DNA from: Klebsiella phage TSK1
Sequence record: MH688453.1
Length of the DNA stretch: 49,836 nt
Reading direction: 5' to 3' (one strand)
In this document: positions 1-8,284 of the stretch, piece by piece
Layout: every line of letters begins with the position of its first letter
Numbering within the stretch: the first letter of the stretch is position 1
Program-made: the position numbers and the translations under genes
The notes under the pieces: generated by a model
Told to the model about the DNA's origin: nothing
Database searches by the model: none
The model's input: the letters and a program-made list of their open reading frames with translations, nothing else

Positions 1-174
1 GTCTACGGATCGCTCCTTAACGACCGCCTTTGGCGCTGGGACGGCGAAACCATGTGGACTAAAGGCGGAGGGGATGCTATCTGGCATGAGTGCGGCTGGC
101 CTCACCCAACAATGAGCCGCCTTGATATCGCTTATTACCTTTCAGTTGGCGATATGTGCGAGGTGGAAAGATAG
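1..174 (+). CDS. hypothetical protein, 5' end outside window (partial)
   Basis: Open in frame 1 from base 1 to TAG 172-174; translation VYGSLLNDRLWRWDGETMWTKGGGDAIWHECGWPHPTMSRLDIAYYLSVGDMCEVER has protein-like composition. Confidence 0.6.
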   Translation, partial: VYGSLLNDRLWRWDGETMWTKGGGDAIWHECGWPHPTMSRLDIAYYLSVGDMCEVER

Positions 175-214
175 CACTTTTTGCTAAAACTCGATCTGGG
201 TGGCTTGATATATT
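171..214 (+). promoter_or_regulatory. marbox-like box (171-189) plus -10 hexamer TATATT (209-214)
   Basis: ATAGCACTTTTTGCTAAAA, then 19 nt, then TATATT; one of a family of about 17 similar modules. Confidence 0.75.
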
Positions 215-246
215 TACCCCATCGAAACGAATCACGGAGAAACACA

Positions 247-741
247 ATGAAATCTTGCGAATATGTCAATACACTTAATGGCCTGATCTACTGGCTGGAA
301 GATGGCGCAGTGATGATGCGCAAGGATGGCGTAAACATCGCCCGTCAATCCAACATGACGGCAGAAACATTCTTCGAGATGGTCGGCAACGATACACTTC
401 TGCTTGTTGAGGCGGAGCCGGAGCAAAAGAGCATGACCATGCTTCAGTTTACAGAATTCCTGTCTAGAATCGACAAAAGCGCCACGACTGCAACCGCACA
501 AACGGCCATCCAGGGCGGGGCCACCCACATTGCCATCGACGGTAACGGCGACGTCTTCGCATTCAAGATGCGCCCGCGCCCCTGCCTGCCGGATGACGAC
601 GACGCGAATGACTACCTGGGCGAATGGCTTCGCGGGTCGGAGCAGTACGGCCACATTGCGCGAACAGTCTGCTTCCTTGGCAACACTGGCCTCGAGCACC
701 GCAACTGGCGGGAACTCTGCTTCCAGATCCCACAGCAATAG
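247..741 (+). CDS. hypothetical early protein
   Basis: ORF restarted at the ATG (247) downstream of a module leader with an SD-like purine tract. Confidence 0.75.
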   Translation: MKSCEYVNTLNGLIYWLEDGAVMMRKDGVNIARQSNMTAETFFEMVGNDTLLLVEAEPEQKSMTMLQFTEFLSRIDKSATTATAQTAIQGGATHIAIDGNGDVFAFKMRPRPCLPDDDDANDYLGEWLRGSEQYGHIARTVCFLGNTGLEHRNWRELCFQIPQQ

Positions 742-781
742 CACTTTTTGCCAAAACACGATCGGGGCAATGCGTTATCAT
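738..781 (+). promoter_or_regulatory. marbox-like box (738-756) plus -10 TATCAT (776-781)
   Basis: ATAGCACTTTTTGCCAAAA-N19-TATCAT. Confidence 0.75.
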
Positions 782-809
782 TACCCCATCGAAACAGAGG
801 AGCAAAAAC

Positions 810-1022
810 ATGATTGGCAACCACAACAACGAACTGAACGCAGCAGCCCACCGTCGCGCCGTCGAGCAGAACTTCAACTCGCTTAAAGTAGCCTGCGATG
901 AGATGAAAGCAATGCTTGAACTGCCGTCATGGGATCCCCAACTCGAAGACTACTATGACGGCCTCCGCGTCAAGCGTGACGATATCATCAACCGCCTGCG
1001 CCTGACTGGAATGTTTCTGTAA
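810..1022 (+). CDS. hypothetical early protein
   Basis: ORF, ATG at 810 after CAGAGGAGC. Confidence 0.7.
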   Translation: MIGNHNNELNAAAHRRAVEQNFNSLKVACDEMKAMLELPSWDPQLEDYYDGLRVKRDDIINRLRLTGMFL

Positions 1023-1034
1023 GGAGAAAACACC

Positions 1035-1292
1035 ATGCAACAATTCAAATCTCGCGGCAGGGTCTACAGCCTGCCGGATACCGCCACTCACGCCGCACCT
1101 GGTGTATGCGTCGGCCTGTACTTTATGGACGGCGGCAAGTGGTTCTTTATTGGCGACCTTGTGACGGATGACGTTAAGCCTTTGCTTTGCGGCAAGCATC
1201 GCGGATTCTTCGATCATGATATCGTAGAACTGAAACCGAAGCGCAATCCTTTCGCTTTCTGGAACAAAATCAAAGGGGCGATCTTTAAATGA
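1035..1292 (+). CDS. hypothetical early protein
   Basis: ORF with AAGGAGAAA upstream. Confidence 0.7.
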   Translation: MQQFKSRGRVYSLPDTATHAAPGVCVGLYFMDGGKWFFIGDLVTDDVKPLLCGKHRGFFDHDIVELKPKRNPFAFWNKIKGAIFK

Positions 1293-1486
1293 ACCAATTC
1301 GAATTCCTGGCGCGGGCGCACCGTGCGCTTGCAATGTACGCCTTCAGCATCGGGATGAAGATTATCAGCGTAGAAATCGAGTTCGGCAGTATCAGCACTT
1401 CCGGCTACGTTGGTGACTCGTACCACGTTACGAAATTCATCTTCCCGTCACTGGCTAGCCTGGAGCGTGAAGCGTTCGGTTTCTAA
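1289..1486 (+). CDS. hypothetical small protein
   Basis: ORF with ATGA stop/start overlap with previous gene. Confidence 0.65.
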   Translation: MNQFEFLARAHRALAMYAFSIGMKIISVEIEFGSISTSGYVGDSYHVTKFIFPSLASLEREAFGF

Positions 1487-1530
1487 ATAGCACTTTTTGC
1501 TAAACGCCAGGTCAGGGGATCGGGCATAAT
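1487..1530 (+). promoter_or_regulatory. marbox-like box (1487-1505) plus -10 CATAAT (1525-1530)
   Basis: ATAGCACTTTTTGCTAAAC matches all 14 constrained positions of the marbox consensus; N19 then CATAAT. Confidence 0.75.
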
Positions 1531-1559
1531 GGCCACACACCAAACAACGGAGATTCACC

Positions 1560-1889
1560 ATGATTCGCACCACCAGGCCGCTACCCAATAACCTGTACGC
1601 AACTATTGGGGTTCGTGCGGTGAGACTAATTCACGTCAACGAAGTTGGCAACGTGGCTATCTTGTGGTTCAAGCGCCACTCAAGCGGAGTTGGCCTGAGC
1701 ATTGAACGATTTGGCCGTTTTAACGGCAATTCCCAAACCCATTCTCATTGGGTGGATGGCTCTTGCTGCTGGTCGCACGTTAAGCACGTCGAGAACTTCG
1801 ACGCCAAATCACTGAGCGACGACGACGCCTGGGAGATGGTAACAGACATCTTCGGGTATGATGCCTGCATGGATGTCGTCAAGTGGTAA
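1560..1889 (+). CDS. hypothetical protein
   Basis: ORF, ATG at 1560 after ACGGAG. Confidence 0.65.
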   Translation: MIRTTRPLPNNLYATIGVRAVRLIHVNEVGNVAILWFKRHSSGVGLSIERFGRFNGNSQTHSHWVDGSCCWSHVKHVENFDAKSLSDDDAWEMVTDIFGYDACMDVVKW

Positions 1890-2122
1890 GCCTGATTTGT
1901 ACGCATGTTGGTTATTCGCCGCTATCCACCTATTTCACACCTGGCCGCGAGTACAGCGCCAGGTTCGGCCCCGGCCTTGATGAAGTGTGGATTTTGCAGG
2001 ACGACCAGGGAACCACGGAGGACGAAGAATTCTGGCCAGCCTGCCGTATGCCGGACGAAAAGATCGCCATGTACGCCAATAGACCATACGAAAACAACGT
2101 TCTATTTGAGGTGAAAGTATGA
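1883..2122 (+). CDS. hypothetical protein
   Basis: ORF overlapping previous stop and coupled by ATGA to the next gene. Confidence 0.6.
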   Translation: MVSLICTHVGYSPLSTYFTPGREYSARFGPGLDEVWILQDDQGTTEDEEFWPACRMPDEKIAMYANRPYENNVLFEVKV

Positions 2123-2304
2123 AAGTAAGCAAAAAGAAACTCGCGCTGTATTGGGCCTTCTTCCTGGTTGGCCTGGCGCTGCATGACCACGTAGGCTGGC
2201 AGGCGATCGGCATGATTTGCATCATCATCGGCGTATGCCGCCTGTCGGAGATTAACGGATTCCGCCGTGGGTATCGGGCAGCATTCAGCGGCGAAAAAGA
2301 ATAG
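2119..2304 (+). CDS. small membrane protein
   Basis: Hydrophobic segment ALYWAFFLVGLALHDHVGWQAIGMICIIIGV. Confidence 0.65.
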   Translation: MKVSKKKLALYWAFFLVGLALHDHVGWQAIGMICIIIGVCRLSEINGFRRGYRAAFSGEKE

Positions 2305-2344
2305 CACTTTTTGTTAAAACTGCCGTAACGTCATTTGATAAAGT
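2301..2344 (+). promoter_or_regulatory. marbox-like box (2301-2319) plus -10 TAAAGT (2339-2344)
   Basis: ATAGCACTTTTTGTTAAAA-N19-TAAAGT. Confidence 0.65.
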
Positions 2345-2383
2345 GGCGTTACTGAAGTGAACAATCCAATCAGGAGCAACGCA

Positions 2384-2602
2384 ATGAACGACAATTTAAT
2401 CGCACTGCTGGAAGAACTGAGTTCCTACGGCTGCGCATACATCGAGCTTTCGAGCGAGCAGGTTATTGAAGTCGCAATCGACGATGACGCCGGGTTCACC
2501 AGATTAAGGGTGGCGGCAGGTGCCGAAGAGGAATTCGAAGACTGCGGCATCCGTGAAGTAACCAACCTTCTCGAATCCCACCGGGTGAAGGAGATCCGAT
2601 AA
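2384..2602 (+). CDS. hypothetical protein
   Basis: ORF, ATG after AATCAGGAGCAACGCA. Confidence 0.7.
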   Translation: MNDNLIALLEELSSYGCAYIELSSEQVIEVAIDDDAGFTRLRVAAGAEEEFEDCGIREVTNLLESHRVKEIR

Positions 2603-3090
2603 TGAAAACCGTCAAACTTATGGTTGTCAATGCGGCCCGCGAACGTGAGCGCCACCTTATCGGCTGCGTATTCGATGCCGTCGAGGTGCACGAACCACTT
2701 GGCACTGTGCACGTAATCCAGGGCGGATACCTGAACGAATTCATCGTCAACCCGCTGGACACCGACGAAGACTTGACCATCCGTGTTGGTGGAGAGCCGG
2801 AAAATGCGCTTTTCCAACTGCGGAAAGTATCGAAGGCGTCGCAGCGCAAGTTGCTGGTTCGCGCACTGAAGCGCATAGCGAAGCAGCGCGGATACACCGA
2901 CGCATACATCCGCAAGTTCGGCACGTTCGCTGGCGTAGGCGATTGGGCGCGGTCATGGGCCGACTATTACTTCAACAAATCAGGCGAATTCTGTTCCGCA
3001 CATACGGACTGGCTGCATGGAACCGAACACGATCCCGTTAATGGCCACGAGTGGTACGAATTCATTGAGGCCGAACTAGACGCACTTTGA
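2602..3090 (+). CDS. hypothetical protein
   Basis: ORF of 162 aa directly coupled to the previous stop. Confidence 0.7.
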   Translation: MKTVKLMVVNAARERERHLIGCVFDAVEVHEPLGTVHVIQGGYLNEFIVNPLDTDEDLTIRVGGEPENALFQLRKVSKASQRKLLVRALKRIAKQRGYTDAYIRKFGTFAGVGDWARSWADYYFNKSGEFCSAHTDWLHGTEHDPVNGHEWYEFIEAELDAL

Positions 3091-3133
3091 TAGCACGAAT
3101 TGCTAAAACGAACGTCCGGGGATGGTGCATACT
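3090..3133 (+). promoter_or_regulatory. marbox-like box (3090-3108) plus -10 CATACT (3128-3133)
   Basis: ATAGCACGAATTGCTAAAA-N19-CATACT. Confidence 0.75.
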
Positions 3134-3165
3134 ATCCCCACACTAACGAACAAAGGAAATCATCC

Positions 3166-3765
3166 ATGAACAACCTGAAAATTACCCTGATCCCGTCCGT
3201 CGATTCAACGGTTGACTCTTTCGCTAAATTTACCAAGGGCAAGCGCTACCCCGCCGTTGCCTTCACCAACTACTCCGGCGAAATGCTGTACAAGGTCACA
3301 GACGACAACGGGCATGAGCACGCGGTAAACCAAAAAGGGTCTAAGTGCCTGGGCGGCCATCGCTTCGATATCGAGTATCCGATCGAGGATTGCAGCAAGC
3401 TCGAGTCGCTCACCATCAGCGCGGCAACCATCGGGGACGGGTTTATTAGCCGGGCCTGCATCGTTGACCTGATCCCGTCCGATAATCACGCCAAAGACGA
3501 CGACCCGCTGTTAACCGCTGTCGTTCGCGCCGGAATCGGCTGGGCGTTAAGTGATGCGTCGTGCGAATCATTCATGCGTGAACCGTTCTCACGAATCGCG
3601 GATCTTGAAAAGCAGGTTGCGTTCCTGACTGGTGAACTTCAGGCGGCTATCGCCACGATCGAGAAGGTTCGGGAAATCATGCGCACCGAACCTGGCTATG
3701 ACGTTGAAGATCACGCGCGAGTTTTGCGCATGATGGCCGACGCTTTCGCAAAACTCCAGCAATAG
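3166..3765 (+). CDS. hypothetical protein
   Basis: ORF, ATG after AAAGGAAATCATCC. Confidence 0.7.
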   Translation: MNNLKITLIPSVDSTVDSFAKFTKGKRYPAVAFTNYSGEMLYKVTDDNGHEHAVNQKGSKCLGGHRFDIEYPIEDCSKLESLTISAATIGDGFISRACIVDLIPSDNHAKDDDPLLTAVVRAGIGWALSDASCESFMREPFSRIADLEKQVAFLTGELQAAIATIEKVREIMRTEPGYDVEDHARVLRMMADAFAKLQQ

Positions 3766-3802
3766 TACGAACCACAAACACTAACCGGGGTTGCTGCATA
3801 GT
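3762..3802 (+). promoter_or_regulatory. degenerate marbox-like module
   Basis: ATAGTACGAACCACAAACA (10/14) then about 16 nt, then CATAGT; leader GACCACACCAAAGACAAGG resembles other modules. Confidence 0.4.
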
Positions 3803-3830
3803 GACCACACCAAAGACAAGGAAAAACATC

Positions 3831-4022
3831 ATGATTTACGCAATTATTGCACTGGTGGTTCTTATTCTGGCCCTGTATGCGTGCGGCTGTTTCCTCATGC
3901 GGGCCTTCCTGAAATCTGCGGATTCTACCGACAAAGAAGATCTTTACCCTGTGCTTTGCTGGCCCTGGATTACACTTTCCGCCGTTGGCAGCGTGATTAT
4001 TTCCCGCAATTTTAAGTGGTGA
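3831..4022 (+). CDS. small membrane protein
   Basis: ORF with TM-like MIYAIIALVVLILALYACGCFL and AAGGA upstream. Confidence 0.65.
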   Translation: MIYAIIALVVLILALYACGCFLMRAFLKSADSTDKEDLYPVLCWPWITLSAVGSVIISRNFKW

Positions 4023-4058
4023 GATGGCGTTTGAGTGCCAAAATGGATTGTCTGCCAA

Positions 4059-4102
4059 ATAGCACGAATTGCTAAAACCGATCAGGGGTAAGCTGGTATA
4101 GT
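4059..4102 (+). promoter_or_regulatory. marbox-like box (4059-4077) plus -10 TATAGT (4097-4102)
   Basis: ATAGCACGAATTGCTAAAA-N19-TATAGT followed by TACCCCATCGAAACGAA. Confidence 0.75.
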
Positions 4103-4133
4103 TACCCCATCGAAACGAAACGGAGTTACAGCA

Positions 4134-4346
4134 ATGAAAATCAAAATTACCAAAATCGACACTCTTAACGGCGACGGCTCAATTACCTTGGAAGAATGCG
4201 GCCTCAAAATCGGCGACTTTCTTGAGGTCGACGGCCACTTCAATGACGGCTCCTACTGTGTGATCGCTCCGCGCAATAGCGAGTTTATCCAGGCTGGTGA
4301 CAATATCAGCGTGAGCAAAGACGAATGCGAGGTTGTAGAAGAATGA
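4134..4346 (+). CDS. hypothetical protein
   Basis: ORF with CGGAG upstream. Confidence 0.7.
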   Translation: MKIKITKIDTLNGDGSITLEECGLKIGDFLEVDGHFNDGSYCVIAPRNSEFIQAGDNISVSKDECEVVEE

Positions 4347-4918
4347 GCAACAAGATTTGGGTACTGACCTACACCATTGGAACCAACGAGGGGCGCAAGT
4401 CGCGCCGCCTCATCTGTGACACCAAAGAGCAGGCAATTAAGCAGCAAACCGTTCTTGGTGGTGATCTTGTCGAATATTTCCGCAAGCCTGAAGCGTTCAA
4501 GGTTAACTGGCCGGAAGGTATGGATATCAACGGCGCTTTAGCGAGCCTGCGTGAGATGCAGCACAACCCGAAGACGTGGAGCGACTTTCAATGCCTGCGG
4601 GCGGAGCCGGAAGTGAAGGCCGACCCGTTCACCAATATTCGGGCGCAGCACGCGGAATGGTCGGATCGCCAGTTCGGTAACGTCGGGCCAGTCGGGCCGC
4701 TCAAGCACCTGGCGAAAGAGGCGATCGAGGCCGCCGAAGCACCGGATGACATTAGCGAGTTCGCAGATATCCTCATGTTGGTATGGGACGCAACGCGCCG
4801 CGCCGGATTCAGCGATGAGCAGTTGGCTGAAGCGGTGGCGGAAAAGCTGGAACGTAACAAGCGCCGGGCGTGGGGTGAGGTCAAAGATGGCGAGCCTTGC
4901 CACCACGTGAAAAATTAA
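4343..4918 (+). CDS. MazG-like / DUF550-like nucleotide pyrophosphohydrolase domain protein
   Basis: Motif QHAEWSDRQFG...GPLKHLAKEAIEA...DISEFADILMLVWDATRRAG resembles the dATP/dGTP pyrophosphohydrolase family. Confidence 0.65.
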   Translation: MSNKIWVLTYTIGTNEGRKSRRLICDTKEQAIKQQTVLGGDLVEYFRKPEAFKVNWPEGMDINGALASLREMQHNPKTWSDFQCLRAEPEVKADPFTNIRAQHAEWSDRQFGNVGPVGPLKHLAKEAIEAAEAPDDISEFADILMLVWDATRRAGFSDEQLAEAVAEKLERNKRRAWGEVKDGEPCHHVKN

Positions 4919-4987
4919 CGAAATCGAATACCGTTTAAAGCGCCTGTAAGCCATTCTGGCGGGCGCAAATTTAAGGAGTGCGATTGT

Positions 4988-5224
4988 ATGCCTGAATACT
5001 CAAAAGTCGAAGATATGCCGATTGGCGCAACGATTACGGGTATCCGCATGAGTGAGTCGGACGACGCCATCAAGCCGCTGGCGTTCCCGGTTACGCAGGT
5101 GGAGACGGACAGCAGAAAAGGGTTCATCTTCATCTACAAAAATTTCAATAGTCCGCTGCGTGTTGAAGTGTTCATTGCTCGCGGAACCTGGGTGGAATGG
5201 GAGAAGGCCAAATGTTCGGACTGA
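4988..5224 (+). CDS. hypothetical protein
   Basis: ORF with AAGGAG upstream. Confidence 0.6.
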   Translation: MPEYSKVEDMPIGATITGIRMSESDDAIKPLAFPVTQVETDSRKGFIFIYKNFNSPLRVEVFIARGTWVEWEKAKCSD

Positions 5225-5445
5225 ATGAAGCGCAGTACAACGCCGTGAAGCGCATAGCAAAGCAGATGGCCGCAGAAACAAAAGACGCCATCAAGAAGGA
5301 CAAAAAGACCTACGATCAGGTCGCCGCGAAGATGATCGATAAACATTGGGCGCAAATCAACACGCTGGTTACTCGCGGCCAGTTTATCTGGATAGCTGGC
5401 TACCTGGAGGGCCGTTTCGGTCGCAGGGATGGCGAGTATGAATAA
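5212..5445 (+). CDS. hypothetical protein
   Basis: ORF start MFGLNEAQYN with GGAGAAGG upstream. Confidence 0.65.
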   Translation: MFGLNEAQYNAVKRIAKQMAAETKDAIKKDKKTYDQVAAKMIDKHWAQINTLVTRGQFIWIAGYLEGRFGRRDGEYE

Positions 5446-5472
5446 AAAACAAGCAAACGATTCAGCGACCTA

Positions 5473-5501
5473 TTGACGTGCTCGCGCTGACCGGGTAACT
5501 T
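5473..5501 (+). promoter_or_regulatory. sigma70-like promoter without marbox
   Basis: TTGACG - 17 nt - TAACTT. Confidence 0.45.
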
Positions 5502-5573
5502 GAATCACGTAGACACAAGAGGCGGTAAACATCCGCAAGTCTGGCCCCGCTTAGGGGCATTTACAAAGGGGTT

Positions 5574-5747
5574 ATGATGCAGTATAAAATCATACTCACG
5601 GCAAGAAAAATGGGCGGCTTTTGCAAGTCCTGCATTCAAGAGTTTAGCATGACGATTGAAGCGAACGACACCGCCGACGCGGTGGAGAAAGCAAAAAGCA
5701 ATCCGGCGTCAATCTGGATACGCATAAAATCAACATCAACTACATAA
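5574..5747 (+). CDS. small CxxC-containing protein (not in ORF track)
   Basis: MMQYKIILTARKMGGFCKSCIQEFSMTIEANDTADAVEKAKSNPASIWIRIKSTSTT; 57-58 aa. Confidence 0.5.
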   Translation: MMQYKIILTARKMGGFCKSCIQEFSMTIEANDTADAVEKAKSNPASIWIRIKSTSTT

Positions 5748-5760
5748 GGGAAGTCAATCA

Positions 5761-6024
5761 ATGTTAACTCTGATTATTGCACTGTTAATGCTGTTCATAG
5801 GCTATCATGTTGGCGCGGCTCATCTTGTCGAGCGCCTTTCAAAGCGAGTACATGAAGGCACCTTTGCTGCCATGTTCTACAATAAGAAAACAGCACGTTG
5901 GGAAAAAATTGGCGATCCGGATGGTATCGCAAAACGAATTGCTTTTTCGCCGCTTCCGTATGTTGACTGCGAGCCATTTGTTAAACTCCAGAAGACGCTG
6001 AATCGGCGAAACAAACTGATATGA
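5761..6024 (+). CDS. small membrane protein
   Basis: N-terminal hydrophobic segment MLTLIIALLMLFIGYHVG. Confidence 0.6.
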   Translation: MLTLIIALLMLFIGYHVGAAHLVERLSKRVHEGTFAAMFYNKKTARWEKIGDPDGIAKRIAFSPLPYVDCEPFVKLQKTLNRRNKLI

Positions 6025-6030
6025 CAAAAG

Positions 6031-6053
6031 AACCCGCTTCGGCGGGTTTTTTT
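6031..6053 (+). terminator. rho-independent terminator
   Basis: AACCCGC-TTCG-GCGGGTT followed by a T run. Confidence 0.85.
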
Positions 6054-6103
6054 ATGCCCGCGATCTGGTATACTCGCAAATCAACAAAGAAGGAGGGTAC
6101 AAA

Positions 6104-6628
6104 ATGTCTGAAGAACGTAGAAAACGCGTAACGAAATCGCACTTTGCAGGCAACTTTAAAGCGCTATATGAAAAGGAGTTCGGCGTGGTACTAGGGCGAA
6201 CGGCAGAGATGACGCCGGAACAATTTTTTGATATCGCAAAGCGTTACTTTCAGTGGGCCGAAGATAACGCAATCAAGGCTGCGGAAACGGCAACGTTTCA
6301 GGGTGACGTTAACGAGTGGGGAGTGAACAAGCCGCGCATTTTTACGCTCACAGGGTTAAGCCTGTTTTGCGGCGTGAACCAGTCAACGCTTGGACGCTAC
6401 CGCCACGATCCCAACTATGCTCCCGTCATGGAGTTCATCGACTCCGTGATTTATGAGCAGAAATTTCAGCTTGCTGCCGTCGGCATGATTAACGCTTCTT
6501 TCGTCGGAAAAGAGATGGGGATCGATAAGCCGCCAGTGCTGAACATCGACGCTATCGCCGGGGATAAGAACGAGATCACCGAAGAGAAGTTAGAGAAGGC
6601 AGTGACCAATATTCTTGATAAGCTGTAA
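6104..6628 (+). CDS. terS: terminase small subunit
   Basis: Position directly upstream of terL; DNA-binding type protein with LSLFCGVNQSTLGRYRHDP. Confidence 0.65.
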   Translation: MSEERRKRVTKSHFAGNFKALYEKEFGVVLGRTAEMTPEQFFDIAKRYFQWAEDNAIKAAETATFQGDVNEWGVNKPRIFTLTGLSLFCGVNQSTLGRYRHDPNYAPVMEFIDSVIYEQKFQLAAVGMINASFVGKEMGIDKPPVLNIDAIAGDKNEITEEKLEKAVTNILDKL

Positions 6629-6637
6629 GGGTCAGAT

Positions 6638-8239
6638 ATGAACGAAATGATCATTTGGGAAGACCTGTCGCCAGCCGATAAGCTGGCAATTAAGGCGCTG
6701 AGTACGCGCAACTTTTCGCTATTCCTGAAGATCTGGTTCCAGATCATCCAGGGTGAAAAGCTAATGTGGAACTGGCATCACTCCTACTTTTGCCACACGG
6801 TTGATGAAATTATCGCCGGGAAGCGCAAGAGCACGATCGTTAACGTTGCGCCAGGCTCCACGAAGACGGAGGTGTTTTCAATCCACCTCGCGCCGTATGC
6901 GTATCTCAAGTGCCGAAAGGTTCGAAACCTTCAGATCTCGCAGGGCGACGCCCTGTCAAAAGGCAACTCGGATCGCGTGATTAAGATCTTCTCATCGAGC
7001 GAGTGGCAGGAGCTATGGCCATCAAAGTTCGGGCGCAAGCAGATCGATGAATTTCAGGTTATGGATGATAACGATCGCGTAAGGCTGGAAATGGTCTCCC
7101 GTTCGTCCGGTGGCCAAATCGTCGGTAAGCGTGGCGGGTACATGACGCCAGGGTTTAGCGGCCTTATCGCGCTGGATGATATCGACAAGCCGGATGATAT
7201 GTTCTCGAAGGTGAAGCGTGAGAAAAACCATGTTCTGCTGAAGAACACCATTCGATCCCGTCGAGCGAAGAAGAAGAAGGGCGACGAAACGCCAATCCTT
7301 TCCGTGCAGCAGCGATTGCACGCGCAGGATGCCACCTGGTTCATGATGAGCGGCGGCATGGCCATCGACTTCGATCGCATTGTTATTCCGGCGATGGTTA
7401 CGCGTGAATATGGCGAATCACTCCCTGACTGGTTGCGACCTGAGTTCGAACGCGACGTGCTTTCCGGCCCGTCGGTGGTCATTGACGGCGTGGAATACTG
7501 GTCATTTTGGGAGGAGAACGAATCGATCGAGAACCTGGTTGCGCTACGCGAAGCCGATCTTTATACGTTCCTTTCGCAGTATCAGCAGGAGCCAATCGCC
7601 CTGGGTGGTAACGTGTTCAAGTCGGAGTGGTGGCGCTATTACGGCGATTCCGACAAGGCGCACGAGCCGCGCCCGGATAAGTTCGAATATACGTTCATCA
7701 CGGCGGACACCGCGCAGAAGGTCAAGGAGCTAAACGACTACTCCGTAATGTGCTATTGGGGCAAGTACCGGGATCGCGTCTACTTCATTGACGGTATTCG
7801 CGGAAAGTGGGAAGCGCCAGATCTCCGCGTGCAGGCCGAAGCATTCATCAAGCAGTGCTGGCGTCGGAACAAGGAGTGCGGAAACCTTCGCCGGATCTAC
7901 ATCGAAGACAAGGCGAGCGGTACGGGTCTAATCCAGGATTTAACGAAGGCTGTAAACGGCATGGGCGAGATCGTCCCTGTGCAGCGCGATAAAGATAAGG
8001 TCACTCGCGCTATGGATGCACAACCAATCATCAAGGGTGGGCGTGTCGTGCTGCCGGACAATCACCCATTCGTTGCAGAGCTTGAGGCGGAGATGAGCGC
8101 GTTTACATATGACGATTCTCATCCACACGATGATATTTGCGACAACGTGTTTGACGCCGCAAACCTGGAAATGAACCTGAGCGACGATCCGGTTGAGCGA
8201 ATGAAACGCCTTGCGGGATTGAAAAAGCTGGGTCGCTAA
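6638..8239 (+). CDS. terL: terminase large subunit
   Basis: Walker-like VNVAPGSTKTE, LIALDDIDKPDD, and RNase H-type nuclease residues (TADTAQ, IEDKASG, HDDICD). Confidence 0.92.
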   Translation: MNEMIIWEDLSPADKLAIKALSTRNFSLFLKIWFQIIQGEKLMWNWHHSYFCHTVDEIIAGKRKSTIVNVAPGSTKTEVFSIHLAPYAYLKCRKVRNLQISQGDALSKGNSDRVIKIFSSSEWQELWPSKFGRKQIDEFQVMDDNDRVRLEMVSRSSGGQIVGKRGGYMTPGFSGLIALDDIDKPDDMFSKVKREKNHVLLKNTIRSRRAKKKKGDETPILSVQQRLHAQDATWFMMSGGMAIDFDRIVIPAMVTREYGESLPDWLRPEFERDVLSGPSVVIDGVEYWSFWEENESIENLVALREADLYTFLSQYQQEPIALGGNVFKSEWWRYYGDSDKAHEPRPDKFEYTFITADTAQKVKELNDYSVMCYWGKYRDRVYFIDGIRGKWEAPDLRVQAEAFIKQCWRRNKECGNLRRIYIEDKASGTGLIQDLTKAVNGMGEIVPVQRDKDKVTRAMDAQPIIKGGRVVLPDNHPFVAELEAEMSAFTYDDSHPHDDICDNVFDAANLEMNLSDDPVERMKRLAGLKKLGR

Positions 8240-8284
8240 TACATAATGTGGGCCTGACGGCCCACACTTAAACAAGGTTGAAAT

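Noticed and set aside
172-186. TAGCA-N5-TGCTA read as a symmetric repressor operator
   Set aside because: Several otherwise well-positioned copies lose symmetry (738, 2301, 36787, 38108, 48444-), whereas marbox rules explain them; kept only as an alternative hypothesis.
171-4102. Repeated boxes as a CRISPR-like array
   Set aside because: Boxes are separated by whole genes, occur on both strands and sit at fixed promoter spacing; no spacer-repeat structure.
8244-8263. GTGGGC-CTGAC-GGCCCAC hairpin as a terminator
   Set aside because: No U tract after the stem; probably an intergenic mRNA structure.
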